A stretch of DNA of 64,000 bases from the NCBI GenBank assembly GCA_963662655.2, contig CAXXTU010000002.1:2976001-3040000 (forward strand). Direction: 5' to 3'. The DNA comes from Candidatus Cloacimonadales bacterium (GTDB lineage Bacteria > Cloacimonadota > Cloacimonadia > Cloacimonadales > JAIOQZ01). A program made the translations under genes and the position numbers. Positions 53,443 through 63,716 of the stretch are shown one piece after another. The notes beneath the pieces are model-generated. The model had not been told where the DNA came from. It did no database searches and saw nothing but the letters and a program-made list of their open reading frames with translations. Numbering within the stretch: the stretch's first letter is position 1; every line of letters begins with the position of its first letter.

Positions 53443-55215
53443 TCACGTTCCGATCGGCTGTGTCATCTTTTCCAGCCAGGAAGCTTCATCGGCATCGAGA
53501 TAAGGAGTCAGCTTCTCTCTGACGGACTGGTGGTAATCGTTGAGCCACTGAATCTCGTCGCTCCGCATCATGGATGGGACGATCAGCCGTATATCGATAG
53601 GGCAGACCGCCATGGTCTCGAAATTCATGTACTCCCCGGTCTCCTCCGCTCTCTGGCACATGATCAGGTTTTCGATGCGGATGCCGTAGTGGCCTTCCTC
53701 GTAGTAGCCGGGTTCGTTCGAAACCAGCATTCCGGGTTTGAACGCGATCTTGTCGGACATCAGGCTGATTCCGATGGGCCCCTCATGGACGTTGAGGAAC
53801 ATCCCGACACCGTGGCCGGTTCCGTGACCGAAATCCTTGTGGATGGCCCAGAGCGGTTCGCGAGCGAGGATGTCCAGATGAATGCCCTTGGTTCCCTTGC
53901 GGAATACGGCCCGGGAAAGATTGATCATGCCACGAAGGACGGCGGTGAAGCTTTCCTTAACCACGTCTTCGACCTCGCCCAACGCGATCGTTCTCGTGAT
54001 GTCCGTTGTCCCGGTGTCGTACTGACCGCCGGAATCGCACAGCAGGATTCCTTTCGGCTCGACGGCGAGCGACCCTTCCGGCTTGGGCGAGTAGTGCGGC
54101 AAAGCGGCATTGGGATTGTAGCCCACGATGGCGTAGAAGCTGGGGCCACGATAGTTCTTCATCGGGCCGCGGAAATCTTCCAGCTTTTCGTGCAGGCTGT
54201 ACTCGGTCATCTCAACCTTGCCGAGGTTTTGCTCCACCCAGTACTGCCATTTGACCAGCGCTGCTCCGTCCATGATGTGCGTATCGCGTATGTGCTGCAT
54301 CTCCACCTCGTTCTTTTCGAGCTTGAAAAGGGTGGGAATGTTGTGGTCGAGAACCACCTTGCAACGCGCTTCGACGTGCGTCTGGATCAGGCGATTGGTC
54401 TTATGCTCGTCGAGCAGCGCCGTCCACCGCTCGTCGAGGCCATCGATAAAACGGTAGATGGAATCGTAGTCCTGAATAAGGATGCCGTCCGATTCGAGCT
54501 TGCCGCGAAGTTCGTCGCTCAGCTTCTTCTGATCGATGAAGAGGATCGTTTTGTCTTGCGTGATTACCGCGTAGGAATACACCACCGGATTGTAGGCGAT
54601 ATCCGCGCCGCGAATGTTGAAGAGCCAGGCAACATCGTCCAGCGCCGAGACGATATGGCAATCGATCTTGCGTTCTTTCATCTCGTTCTTGATGCGGTCG
54701 ATCTTGCTTTTCCGCGATTCGCCGGCGAACCGCTCTTCATGCTCGATGACTGGGTTGTCGGGGATAGCGGGACGATCCTCCCAAATCTCGTCGAGCAGGT
54801 TGTCACAGGTTACAACCTCTAGGTGGGGCCATTTTTCTTCCATTCCCCGGAATTGAGAGATCGGTATCAGGTTACCCGGAATCCCGAACTTGCTTCCTTC
54901 GGGAATTTCCGACCGAACCCAGGGGAAGGTGTAGGGGACACCCGGCATTCCCGACTTGAATATCTTGATGCCCGTTCCGGCGAGTTCTCGCTCGGCCTGT
55001 ACGTAGTAGCGGGAATCCACCCAGATAAATGCGTCATCCCGGGTGACGATCACCAGGGCTCTGGAGCCGGTGAAGCCGGTTAGCCAGGCGATTTCCCGGA
55101 AACGCTCTGCAACGTATTCGCTCATGTGCGAATCGGTTGTGGGCATGAACCATGCGTCCAGCCCCTTTTGAATGAGTAACTGCTGAAGCGCTTTGATTTT
55201 ATCTTGCGTGTTCAT
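53443..55215 (-). CDS. Xaa-Pro aminopeptidase (M24B)
   Basis: DSHMSEY; DSGGQYDTGTTDITRT; HGTGHGVG...VHEGP; NEPGYY...GIRIEN. Confidence 0.93.
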   Translation of the reverse strand: MNTQDKIKALQQLLIQKGLDAWFMPTTDSHMSEYVAERFREIAWLTGFTGSRALVIVTRDDAFIWVDSRYYVQAERELAGTGIKIFKSGMPGVPYTFPWVRSEIPEGSKFGIPGNLIPISQFRGMEEKWPHLEVVTCDNLLDEIWEDRPAIPDNPVIEHEERFAGESRKSKIDRIKNEMKERKIDCHIVSALDDVAWLFNIRGADIAYNPVVYSYAVITQDKTILFIDQKKLSDELRGKLESDGILIQDYDSIYRFIDGLDERWTALLDEHKTNRLIQTHVEARCKVVLDHNIPTLFKLEKNEVEMQHIRDTHIMDGAALVKWQYWVEQNLGKVEMTEYSLHEKLEDFRGPMKNYRGPSFYAIVGYNPNAALPHYSPKPEGSLAVEPKGILLCDSGGQYDTGTTDITRTIALGEVEDVVKESFTAVLRGMINLSRAVFRKGTKGIHLDILAREPLWAIHKDFGHGTGHGVGMFLNVHEGPIGISLMSDKIAFKPGMLVSNEPGYYEEGHYGIRIENLIMCQRAEETGEYMNFETMAVCPIDIRLIVPSMMRSDEIQWLNDYHQSVREKLTPYLDADEASWLEKMTQPIGT

Positions 55216-55509
55216 ACTGTTTCCTCGCAAAGTTTATTTATCGTTTCCAACTTCATATATTTTAGCAGGATAAGGATTACACAAATTCGATTATCGGTTG
55301 GATTCATGCAAGCTTTTTCTTTGCTGCGATCGCTATTCATTCGCAGACAATTGTTTTTGGGATCGTTCCTTTCGAGAGAACTCCGTGTTAACGGATCGAG
55401 TTAGCCGTTTCATGGAGTCGGAGAAAAAAAATATCGGCGAGAAATGCCATTTGATGCGGGTTTGAGCAATTATCAGAAACAAAAAGGAAATAAAGTTTGG
55501 CGAAAGGTC

Positions 55510-55551
55510 TTGACAGTGTTACATTGTTGGTGTTCTATGTCACCGTAACAC
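55510..55551 (+). promoter_or_regulatory. Promoter with inverted repeat GTGTTAC...GTAACAC (YtrA-type operator candidate)
   Basis: TTGACA 55510-55515; arms 55516-55522 and 55545-55551. Confidence 0.6.
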
Positions 55552-55564
55552 CAAGGGGGTGCCA

Positions 55565-55939
55565 ATGAAAAAGTTCGATGACAACATGCCTATCTATCTT
55601 CAGCTTAGGGATGAGATTGAGAAGGCGATTATCCTGGGATCGGTTAAGGAGGACGAAATGATACCATCGATCAGGACACTTGCGCAGCAATACCGGCTGA
55701 ACCCGCAAACCGTATCGAACGCACTCAGTGAACTGGTAAACGAGGGCGTGATCTATAAACGACGGGGAATCGGTTTTTTCGTTGAGAAGGAGGCACGGGG
55801 CGTTCTTCAGGAAAAGAAACTGGCTGATTTCCGCAAAGACGAGATGGAACAGACGATTCGCAAAGGCAAGGAACTGGGAATTACGAAGAGCGAGTTCATT
55901 GATACGGTTGAATCGGTGTATTCCGGAAAGGGGGAATAG
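55565..55939 (+). CDS. GntR-family (YtrA subfamily) regulator
   Basis: PIYLQL; IPSIRTLA; NPQTV; KRRGIGFFV; short C-terminus. Confidence 0.92.
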   Translation: MKKFDDNMPIYLQLRDEIEKAIILGSVKEDEMIPSIRTLAQQYRLNPQTVSNALSELVNEGVIYKRRGIGFFVEKEARGVLQEKKLADFRKDEMEQTIRKGKELGITKSEFIDTVESVYSGKGE

Positions 55940-55940
55940 C

Positions 55941-56786
55941 ATGAGTTTGATGGAAATAAGAAATCTAACCAAGCGCTACGGGAAGTTTGAGGCGCTGAAA
56001 GACGTGAATTTGAGCATACCGAGAGGCAAGATCATCGGTTTGCTGGGCAAGAACGGCGCGGGTAAAACCACACTGATGCGCTCGATGTTGGGGCTTCTCA
56101 GGTACGAAGGAGAAATCCTTTTCGAAGATACTCCGGTTCAGCAATTGAGACACCGGCTGTTCGAGCGTATCGCCTTCATTCCCGATGTGAACGGCCTGGA
56201 CGACCGGCTGACCGTTGAGCAGACGCTTCAGTTTGTCGCATCGCAAAATCCACGCTGGAAGGAATCGACCGCTTTGAATTTACTTGGCAAGAGCGGACTC
56301 GAACTCAAACAGAAGGTTTCCAAGCTCTCCAAGGGTATGAAGACCAAGCTTTATCTGCTGGTAACGCTCTCGCTGGACGTCGATCTCCTGATCCTCGACG
56401 AGCCGACGCTGGGGCTCGACATCGTTTTCCGCAAGGAGTTCTTCAACACCATTTTGGGCGAGTTTTTCGACGAGAACAAGACCATCTTCATCTCGACGCA
56501 TCAGGTGGAAGAAGTAGAACAGATATTACAAGATATCATCTTCATCGACAAGGGTCAGATTCTGCTGCACGAAGATGTGGAAGCATTGAAGGATCGCTTC
56601 CGGCTCGTAAGCGTGCCGGTGGAGCGCCGCGCGGAACTGATGGCCGCGAATCCCAAGCAAATCAACTACACCTTGGGCCGTATTTCGGCGATCGTCAACA
56701 AGAGTGTGGAAATCGAAGGCGCGGAGTACGGAAGGCCCGGACTCTCGGATCTGTTTATGTCCGAGATGGGAGGTAACAATGAATAG
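55941..56786 (+). CDS. ABC transporter ATP-binding protein
   Basis: GKNGAGKTT; LSKGM; ILDEPT; STH. Confidence 0.93.
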   Translation: MSLMEIRNLTKRYGKFEALKDVNLSIPRGKIIGLLGKNGAGKTTLMRSMLGLLRYEGEILFEDTPVQQLRHRLFERIAFIPDVNGLDDRLTVEQTLQFVASQNPRWKESTALNLLGKSGLELKQKVSKLSKGMKTKLYLLVTLSLDVDLLILDEPTLGLDIVFRKEFFNTILGEFFDENKTIFISTHQVEEVEQILQDIIFIDKGQILLHEDVEALKDRFRLVSVPVERRAELMAANPKQINYTLGRISAIVNKSVEIEGAEYGRPGLSDLFMSEMGGNNE

Positions 56787-57618
56787 CTTTGCAGGACTAT
56801 TGAAGAAAGACTGGGTATTATCCCGCAGAACCGAGTTACTCACCGTGTGGATCGTGGCGGGAATGCTGCTGCTGAGTGTCATCCTGGCGATATCCGCATA
56901 CTTCTATCATGGACTGGAGTTCAATATCTTCGGATTTCAGGATGTCCTGAGTCAGACCGGCGAGCCGATGAATGTCGCTGTATTCATTCTGAATCTCTCT
57001 CTGGTGAATTTCCCCGGTTTGCTGGCGCTCATCTTTGCTGCATCGCTTTCGGGCGGAGCGCTCAACAACGACTCGAAGCGGCACTGCGACGTATTCTATC
57101 GCATACAGCCGGTTTCGTTCTGGAAGGTTACGGCCTCCCGCTATCTGATTACGGTTGTGGGAAACCTTGCGGTGTTGTTCGCGGTGCTTCTGGGGTTGTT
57201 CGTCATCACGAATGCCCTGGCGGTGATGATCGCGGGTCCATTCAGCTTTGCCGCCGCGTTCAAGGGGCTGATGTTCGGTTACGTCGAGTTCGCGCTGATC
57301 ATACTGGTTGTGGGTAGCTTCGGATTTCTGTGCTCGGGAATTTTTAAGGAGAAGGCGTTCGCGAAAGGGCTGGGGATTATCATTATTTCCTCGGCGCTGA
57401 TCGCTCTGATCAACCTTCTGTTCCTGTGGCACATTCCACAGCCGATTTTCGAGCTGGGAAAATTCTTGTTCGAGTTCAACAACTTTGAGAATCTCGGTCT
57501 GAAGAAAGTGATGAGTTGGAGCTTTCTGCTGAGGATGGAGCACCTGTGGAAGATCGTTTTTGCCGGTGCGACCTATGTGATTGGGAGTATTCTGTATAAA
57601 TTCAAGGAAGTCAAATAA
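56779..57618 (+). CDS. ABC-2 type permease
   Basis: About six TM helices; coupled to the ATPase gene. Confidence 0.8.
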   Translation: MNSFAGLLKKDWVLSRRTELLTVWIVAGMLLLSVILAISAYFYHGLEFNIFGFQDVLSQTGEPMNVAVFILNLSLVNFPGLLALIFAASLSGGALNNDSKRHCDVFYRIQPVSFWKVTASRYLITVVGNLAVLFAVLLGLFVITNALAVMIAGPFSFAAAFKGLMFGYVEFALIILVVGSFGFLCSGIFKEKAFAKGLGIIIISSALIALINLLFLWHIPQPIFELGKFLFEFNNFENLGLKKVMSWSFLLRMEHLWKIVFAGATYVIGSILYKFKEVK

Positions 57619-57632
57619 CAAGGGAGGTTGTT

Positions 57633-58358
57633 ATGAGAAAATTTTGGTATGTTCTATTGTCCTTAACAGTTCTGTTTGCCATCTTCGGATGTTATGATAC
57701 CGATATGACAGACGCGGATCGCGAGGAAGTGTCTTTCGATATGGAAGGAATCAAACCGCTCGATGTGGATCTGGAATTCGCCATCGGGAAGATCATGGTT
57801 TCATCGGGAACCGAGAAGCTCGCCCATGCGAAATTCGCGTGGAACAACGACGCGCTGAAGCCGGAATATTCCCTGACGAGCAAAGACGACAAATATTCGC
57901 TGTATATCGAGCATGTCGGCGGCAATTCGTCCATGAAAAAGGCGTATAGCGAATGGGAAATATACCTCAATAATCAGGTTCCAATCAACCTGTCCGTCGA
58001 ATGCGGCGTGGGCGAATCGGAAATCGATCTTTCGGATCTCGATATTGAATCGCTGGACATGGATTTTGGCGTAGGCACAGCGACGGTTGATCTTCGGGGC
58101 AAGTATTCGAAGAACATCAACGCCAATATCGGGACAGGAATCGGCGAGGTGACCATTTACCTGCCAACCCACATGGGAATTCGCGTATCCGTGGATAAAG
58201 GGCTGGGCGATATCGAGGTCAAGGGACTTCACGAGACGGAAGACGATGTGTATGAGAATCAGCTTTTCCGTGAAAGCGGTCCCAAGATCAAGATCGATAT
58301 GTCAACCGGCATTGGCTCGGTCAATCTGATTGCCGGCCCCGAAGAGGTTGCTCTCTAA
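57633..58358 (+). CDS. Lipoprotein, toast-rack/LiaF-like (DUF2154-like) beta-solenoid
   Basis: Lipobox IFGC; repeated G(V/I)G...(I/V)DL motifs. Confidence 0.7.
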   Translation: MRKFWYVLLSLTVLFAIFGCYDTDMTDADREEVSFDMEGIKPLDVDLEFAIGKIMVSSGTEKLAHAKFAWNNDALKPEYSLTSKDDKYSLYIEHVGGNSSMKKAYSEWEIYLNNQVPINLSVECGVGESEIDLSDLDIESLDMDFGVGTATVDLRGKYSKNINANIGTGIGEVTIYLPTHMGIRVSVDKGLGDIEVKGLHETEDDVYENQLFRESGPKIKIDMSTGIGSVNLIAGPEEVAL

Positions 58359-58445
58359 AACCCTATGATAAATCTGAACTGGGCTAACACGCATTGAGTG
58401 GTTAAACATAACGCCACTTTTCAGGTCCTCCTAACCTGATCGGAT

Positions 58446-58478
58446 TTCGCCGGCTTCTACCAGTTCAAAGCCGGCGAG
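58446..58478. terminator. Hairpin TCGCCGGCTT/AAGCCGGCGA
   Basis: 10-bp stem between convergent operons. Confidence 0.6.
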
Positions 58479-58687
58479 TCCAATATTGTGTTTGAATCAA
58501 GATTCACAGGATTCGCGCGATTGATAGGATGGGGATTTCAGAAAGATCGAGTGCGAAATGCGCTCGGGAGAGAGAAGCGGTCCCCGCGCCGGTTTAAAAT
58601 GCGATTTGCGATGGGCAAATCGCCTTCCAAACCATCGCGTGCCCACCCACCCATTGAAACGAGCGCATTTCTTGTGGGCGGATTCAA

Positions 58688-59320
58688 TTACGCAAACATC
58701 CCGCAGAAGGGATTTTCGACTTTTTCGGCTTCGATTGAGGTTTTTCCACCATGTCCCGGCAGTACCACCGTGTCCTCCGGCAATGTGAAGAGCTTCTTCT
58801 TTATCGACTGCAACAACTTATCCATATTGCCGCCATCGAGGTCGGTGCGACCGACGCTGTGATCGAAGAGGGTGTCTCCGCTGACGAGAATTCCCGGCAT
58901 GTAGAGGCAGATGCCGCCGCGCGTGTGCCCGGGGGTGTGAATCACGCGTATCTCCTGCTCTCCGAGAAGGATGGTGTCGCCGTCGTGCAGGATTCTCTCT
59001 GCTGCAGGCGACGCAAAGCCGTTGTTCATCAACGCGGAAAGGTTCTTGTTGGGATCCGGCAGCATGGGCGCGTCATCCGCATGCACGCAGATCGGTACGT
59101 TGAAATGCGTGTGAAAATACTCGTTACCGCCCAGATGATCCGCGTGGCCGTGGGTGTTCACGACGTATTTCAGGGCGATCCCCTGATTTTTGATGAAAGA
59201 TTTCACTTCTTCGCTGGGAGCTCCCGGATCGATGAGCATGCCTTGCATGGACTTCTCGTCCCACAGCAGGTAGGTGTTCGTCTCGAATCCCGGAAGTAGA
59301 ATATATCGCTTGTATCTCAT
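58688..59320 (-). CDS. MBL-fold metallohydrolase (glyoxalase II/YcbL-like)
   Basis: THGHADH; HTPGHT; SGDTLF; PGHG. Confidence 0.92.
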   Translation of the reverse strand: MRYKRYILLPGFETNTYLLWDEKSMQGMLIDPGAPSEEVKSFIKNQGIALKYVVNTHGHADHLGGNEYFHTHFNVPICVHADDAPMLPDPNKNLSALMNNGFASPAAERILHDGDTILLGEQEIRVIHTPGHTRGGICLYMPGILVSGDTLFDHSVGRTDLDGGNMDKLLQSIKKKLFTLPEDTVVLPGHGGKTSIEAEKVENPFCGMFA

Positions 59321-59322
59321 GG

Positions 59323-60321
59323 TTACTCCATTTTCAGCCAGTATTTGCTCACCTCATCCCGACTCGGTTGCTTCACGACGATCTCGTTATCGAGATGGTA
59401 GTTCTCGCCGTAGAAGACCTTGCCTTCCGGAGGAGATTTCGGGGTGAAGTGCAGGACGATGGACGCCGCGAGGGCGATCTCGCTCTCAGTGAGAGCGCCG
59501 GTGTGTTGCAGAACGCCGATCGGCCCGGGGGACTGCTCCGCTTTGATGACTGTCTCGTCGGTTACCAGGTCGGAAATCGACTGGTTGTCGCCGGCGGTTT
59601 TTCCCACAACAAGCTTTGCCTGCGGTGAAAGCCGGAAGTGCCTGCCGAAAAGCAGGAAGCGGGTGCTCCGCTCCGTGAGCATGGCGTGATCAAAAAGATC
59701 GCGCGCGCGGAAGCTGAAGCCCTTCTCCGTGAGCAGGCAACCGCCGCCCGGGTTGTGATACTCGGTGATGCCGTACGCCTCGGCCAGTTCCATCTGCTTC
59801 TTGCGTCCCCGACCGTAAAAATCGAGCATCTCCTCTTTATCCACCCAGCCTTCGGTGATCGGTAGCGTGTCCGGGAGTCGTTTCTGGCAGAGTGGCCGAA
59901 TGATGAGGTCTGACGCGCCGCTGATCTTCCTGACTGCGTTCATGGCGTCAAAGCGCTGCGACATGGGGCGTTGCCCGATGACTTCGCCGGAGATCAGGAA
60001 ATCTGCCCCGAAATCATCCAGGAATTCTGCTGCCTTTCGGAACATGAAACCGTGGCAATCGACACACGGATTGAGCGCCTTCCCGAAGCCGTAGCGGGGT
60101 TCCTTGATCATCTCCAGATAATCGGGTGTAACGTCCACGACGCGAATGGTGATGCCGGCTGCTTCTGCTGCGTAGAGAGCTTTTTGCGGCCCGAAGAATG
60201 GCGTTTGGAAGAATACTGGAATCACTTCGTATCCCAGCTTCTGCATGTGCAGAACGGCCAGAACGCTGTCCAGACCGCCCGAGAAGAGGGCGATCGCTTT
60301 ATGTTGTCTTGGTTTGATCAT
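59323..60321 (-). CDS. PP-loop tRNA thiouridylase-like protein (ThiI/MnmA-like)
   Basis: SGGLDS; NPCVDCH; GEVIGQRPMSQ; GGGCLLT. Confidence 0.8.
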   Translation of the reverse strand: MIKPRQHKAIALFSGGLDSVLAVLHMQKLGYEVIPVFFQTPFFGPQKALYAAEAAGITIRVVDVTPDYLEMIKEPRYGFGKALNPCVDCHGFMFRKAAEFLDDFGADFLISGEVIGQRPMSQRFDAMNAVRKISGASDLIIRPLCQKRLPDTLPITEGWVDKEEMLDFYGRGRKKQMELAEAYGITEYHNPGGGCLLTEKGFSFRARDLFDHAMLTERSTRFLLFGRHFRLSPQAKLVVGKTAGDNQSISDLVTDETVIKAEQSPGPIGVLQHTGALTESEIALAASIVLHFTPKSPPEGKVFYGENYHLDNEIVVKQPSRDEVSKYWLKME

Positions 60322-60333
60322 AAGAAAATGCCG

Positions 60334-61179
60334 CTACTGCGCTTCCTTCTCAAGGAATTTTTCGGCGCAGAGCTTGGCCATGCGACGGATGCGACCGATA
60401 TACGCGGCCCTTTCGGTGACGCTGATCACGCCGCGTGCGTCGAGCAGATTGAACGTGTGCGAGCTCTTGAGCAGGTAGTCATAAGCGGGGAAAACGAGTC
60501 CGGCTTCGACGAAGTTGTCGATCTGCCGTTCCAGCTCGTTGAAGGTCGCGAAGAGCCACTTGACGTCGGCGTGCTTGAAGTTGAACGCGCTGAATTCCAC
60601 CTCTTTCTGGAGAAAAATCTCGCCGTAAGTGGTGTTCTCATTATAGCGGATTTGCTTGAAGTCGTCCACGTCCTGGATATACATTGCGATGCGCTCCAGT
60701 CCGTAGGTCAGCTCCACGCTCACCGGGAACACATCGATTCCGCCAACCTGCTGGAAGTAGGTGAACTGCGAAATCTCCATGCCGTCCAGCCAGACTTCCC
60801 AGCCGAGTCCCCATGCGCCGAGGGTCGGAGACTCCCAGTCGTCCTCCACGAAACGGATATCGTGCTTGGATATGTCGATGCCGATCGCTTCCAGGCTCTT
60901 GATGTACAGGTTCTGGATATCGTCCGGGGTCGGCTTGATAATGACCTGGAACTGGTAGTAGTGCTGCATACGGTTGGGATTCTCGCCGTAGCGTCCGTCC
61001 TTCGGTCTGCGGCATGGCTGTGCGTATGCGATCGCGGTGGGTTTATCGCCCAGCGCGCCGAAGAATGTTGCCGGATGGAAGGTACCGGCTCCCATCTCCA
61101 TATCGTAAGGCTGCAAGATGCTGCAACCGTAGTTTGCCCAGTAACGTTGAAGCTCGAATATCATATCCTGAAACGTCAT
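60334..61179 (-). CDS. glyQ: Glycyl-tRNA synthetase alpha subunit
   Basis: [48 protein letters not shown]. Confidence 0.98.
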   Translation of the reverse strand: MTFQDMIFELQRYWANYGCSILQPYDMEMGAGTFHPATFFGALGDKPTAIAYAQPCRRPKDGRYGENPNRMQHYYQFQVIIKPTPDDIQNLYIKSLEAIGIDISKHDIRFVEDDWESPTLGAWGLGWEVWLDGMEISQFTYFQQVGGIDVFPVSVELTYGLERIAMYIQDVDDFKQIRYNENTTYGEIFLQKEVEFSAFNFKHADVKWLFATFNELERQIDNFVEAGLVFPAYDYLLKSSHTFNLLDARGVISVTERAAYIGRIRRMAKLCAEKFLEKEAQ

Positions 61180-61582
61180 AATTTTATCCTCATCAGGGTT
61201 TTCTCCACGAAAAGTTTTTCGGGAATTATGTCAATGATTTGCTCATCACAGCTCTGGGATGATCCATGATGTGTCACCCTGATGCTGTGTGTTTTGCTAA
61301 GCAAAACACGGACCCCTCAAAGAGTCTAAGAGCCTAAAGGTTATTTTCATGCTTATACTGCAAAAGGATATTGAAGACATACGTAAATTTTGGTTATTTG
61401 AGTGTTACTCAGCAGATTATTGCGCAAGAGGCGTGAGAATATTCGTTCGATCCCGACCGGAGCCGTATTCATACACGTCTTATTTTTGCGTTCGATAGTC
61501 ATGAAGACGTGTTGTTATACGGCGGAGGCGAGGATCGGGCGAAGATGCCACGCCGGAAGAATATCACGTGGAAGCGTGATTT

Positions 61583-61780
61583 CTAGTCCCCCTTCTCCTC
61601 GCCGCTCTTTTTCCAGCCCAGCATAATGGAGAGCGGGAACAGCACCAGGTAGGCAATCATCAGAATGATGATGGAGATGGTCTTATCGCCGGTGGCCATG
61701 ATCGAGTAGCCGACGATCAGCGCTGCGATCGCTACGATCAGAATGATCCAGTTTCTTCCCTCGAATGCAAAGCGTTTCAT
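61583..61780 (-). CDS. Small two-TM protein (DUF3098-like)
   Basis: F...NW...GY..M; two hydrophobic helices; overlaps the upstream stop. Confidence 0.65.
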   Translation of the reverse strand: MKRFAFEGRNWIILIVAIAALIVGYSIMATGDKTISIIILMIAYLVLFPLSIMLGWKKSGEEKGD

Positions 61781-63702
61781 TTATCTTCCTCCAGAGTGAT
61801 TCCGTAATATTCTTTCAAAGCCCTACGAGCTTTTTCCTTATCGTTGTCGTTTGTGTCAAATAAAACCGCGTTTTGCAGCGATTCTTTTGCAAGCTTATCC
61901 TTCCCGAGCTTGCGGTAAACCTCGCCGGCGTGGTACGCGATGGACGTGTTGCCCGGACTCGCCGCGATGGCCTGCTCGAGGTACTTCAGCGCCTTCTTGA
62001 AGTCTCCCTGATGGTAGTGAACCCATCCCGCGGTGTCAAGGATATCCGCGGAATCGGGGCTGAGCTCCAGCGCTCTGTTGGCGTGCACGAGCGCTTGCTC
62101 CAGATCGGTGTTCATCTCCGCGAGCTGATACGCCAGATCGTTGTGCATCATGGCATTCTCGGGTTGCGTTTTCACGCCCTGGCGGAGAATCTGGATCATC
62201 TTGTCGAATGCTCCGGTGAAGTAGTAAGCACCGGAGAGAGCGTTGTAAGCCTGTATCGAGCTATCGGGATAATCCCGAAGATAGGGCTCCAGGTATTCGA
62301 TGGTCTTATCGTATCGCTCGAGGCGATTGTATTCTAGCCCGATCGATATCTCCGGATCGAAATAGAGCGTTGAATCCCGTCTGATAGCTTCGATCGCCGG
62401 TTGAGGCTGATCTGCGGTCACATATAGCTGGGAAATGTGTAGCGTCAAATCGTTGCGTAGGATGTACCCGTGATCGATCTTGTTCAGCCATTCAAGTGAA
62501 GCCTGCGGGTTGAGTTCCGCCTCCTGACGCGCCATCAGGAGCGCGTGCAGGGAATCGTCCGGCGCGATGGTCTGCAATTGATCGATCAATTTTTGTGTTA
62601 CGACGTGCGTCGAGTCGCCTTCGTCCTCTTCGAGGAATAGGATCAGGCGGTCTTCGACCATTGCCGGGGCATGTATGTTGCTCAAATACTGTGCCGCGTG
62701 CCCGACATCTCCTTTCTCGAGGAACATGCCGGCCGTTACGCTTAAGTAACGATCTTCGTTAACCATGGTAAGCGTATGCGAATCGACCAGTTGGTCGCAC
62801 ATTTCCACCAGGAGCGAATCGGCATCCGTTTGCTCGGCAGCCCAGAAAATCAGTATGCGTGTGTCCGTAAGGTCTTCCTGAGAATCGAGGAACCAGCGGT
62901 AGTTCTCCACGATGGTTTCGTGCTTCTCCAGCGCGAAGATGTTTCGCAGCAGGGTTTCGCGCATCCAGCCGTAGATGTCTCGTTCTTCTTCCATCAACTG
63001 GATGAGAAGGTCGATCAGTTCTTGCGATTTACCCTCCTCGCGCAGGATGTTGACCAGCTCGACCAGCGCTTGATCATCCTGCCACTTGTGCCACGCTTTT
63101 CGCATGATCTCTTCCGCTCTCAGCGGATTGAAGCCCTTCAGTTGCCCGGCAAGCAGCAGAACAAGCCGCTCGTTGTCCCACGACTTCTCCAGCGCGCGTT
63201 CCAGCAGTTCGGGTTCTTCCTTATCGGCATATTGATATTGTAGCAGGTAGAATTTGTAAAGATTCAGAGCGCTTGGATCGATCTGGATGAGCTCCCTGAA
63301 AATGCGGATTCCCTGATCGGGCTGCGAGTTCAGAAAGTATGCGTCCGCAAGAGACGCCAGGATTTCCTTGCTGCGGAAGCCGTCCTGATAATAGATCGTA
63401 GCAGTTTGTATGACCTGCGGCGTGTATTGGCTGTCGTCCATCGCCAGCTCCAGCAGGATCTCGGTGATCCTGTTGCGGATGGCCACACTGGACGGATCGA
63501 GCGCTTCGGCCTGCCGGAGGTTATCCAGCGCTTCATTGAGCTTCTTCTGCTGGTAGTTGAACTCGGCTAAATTATAGTATTGCGTCGCTTCCAGAGCGGA
63601 TGTGCTTGATATCGGAACAACAGGAGGCTGCGCTTCCTTCTGCCGATTGGCCGTACAAGCGAATAGCAGCAGACACAAGCACCCGAGGATCAGTTGTTTC
63701 AT
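61777..63702 (-). CDS. TPR-repeat lipoprotein
   Basis: Lipobox LFAC; NDLAY.LA...ILDTAGWVHY TPR motifs. Confidence 0.85.
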   Translation of the reverse strand: MKQLILGCLCLLLFACTANRQKEAQPPVVPISSTSALEATQYYNLAEFNYQQKKLNEALDNLRQAEALDPSSVAIRNRITEILLELAMDDSQYTPQVIQTATIYYQDGFRSKEILASLADAYFLNSQPDQGIRIFRELIQIDPSALNLYKFYLLQYQYADKEEPELLERALEKSWDNERLVLLLAGQLKGFNPLRAEEIMRKAWHKWQDDQALVELVNILREEGKSQELIDLLIQLMEEERDIYGWMRETLLRNIFALEKHETIVENYRWFLDSQEDLTDTRILIFWAAEQTDADSLLVEMCDQLVDSHTLTMVNEDRYLSVTAGMFLEKGDVGHAAQYLSNIHAPAMVEDRLILFLEEDEGDSTHVVTQKLIDQLQTIAPDDSLHALLMARQEAELNPQASLEWLNKIDHGYILRNDLTLHISQLYVTADQPQPAIEAIRRDSTLYFDPEISIGLEYNRLERYDKTIEYLEPYLRDYPDSSIQAYNALSGAYYFTGAFDKMIQILRQGVKTQPENAMMHNDLAYQLAEMNTDLEQALVHANRALELSPDSADILDTAGWVHYHQGDFKKALKYLEQAIAASPGNTSIAYHAGEVYRKLGKDKLAKESLQNAVLFDTNDNDKEKARRALKEYYGITLEEDK

Positions 63703-63716
63703 ACGTGGCGATAAGT

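Noticed and set aside
58488..58862. 124-aa ORF over the structured intergenic element
   Set aside because: No RBS or motifs, and it overlaps the MBL gene on the opposite strand.
61180..61582. T-box or glycine riboswitch upstream of glyQ
   Set aside because: No T-box antiterminator consensus or glycine aptamer motif on the minus strand; a TTGACA sits close to the glyQ start.
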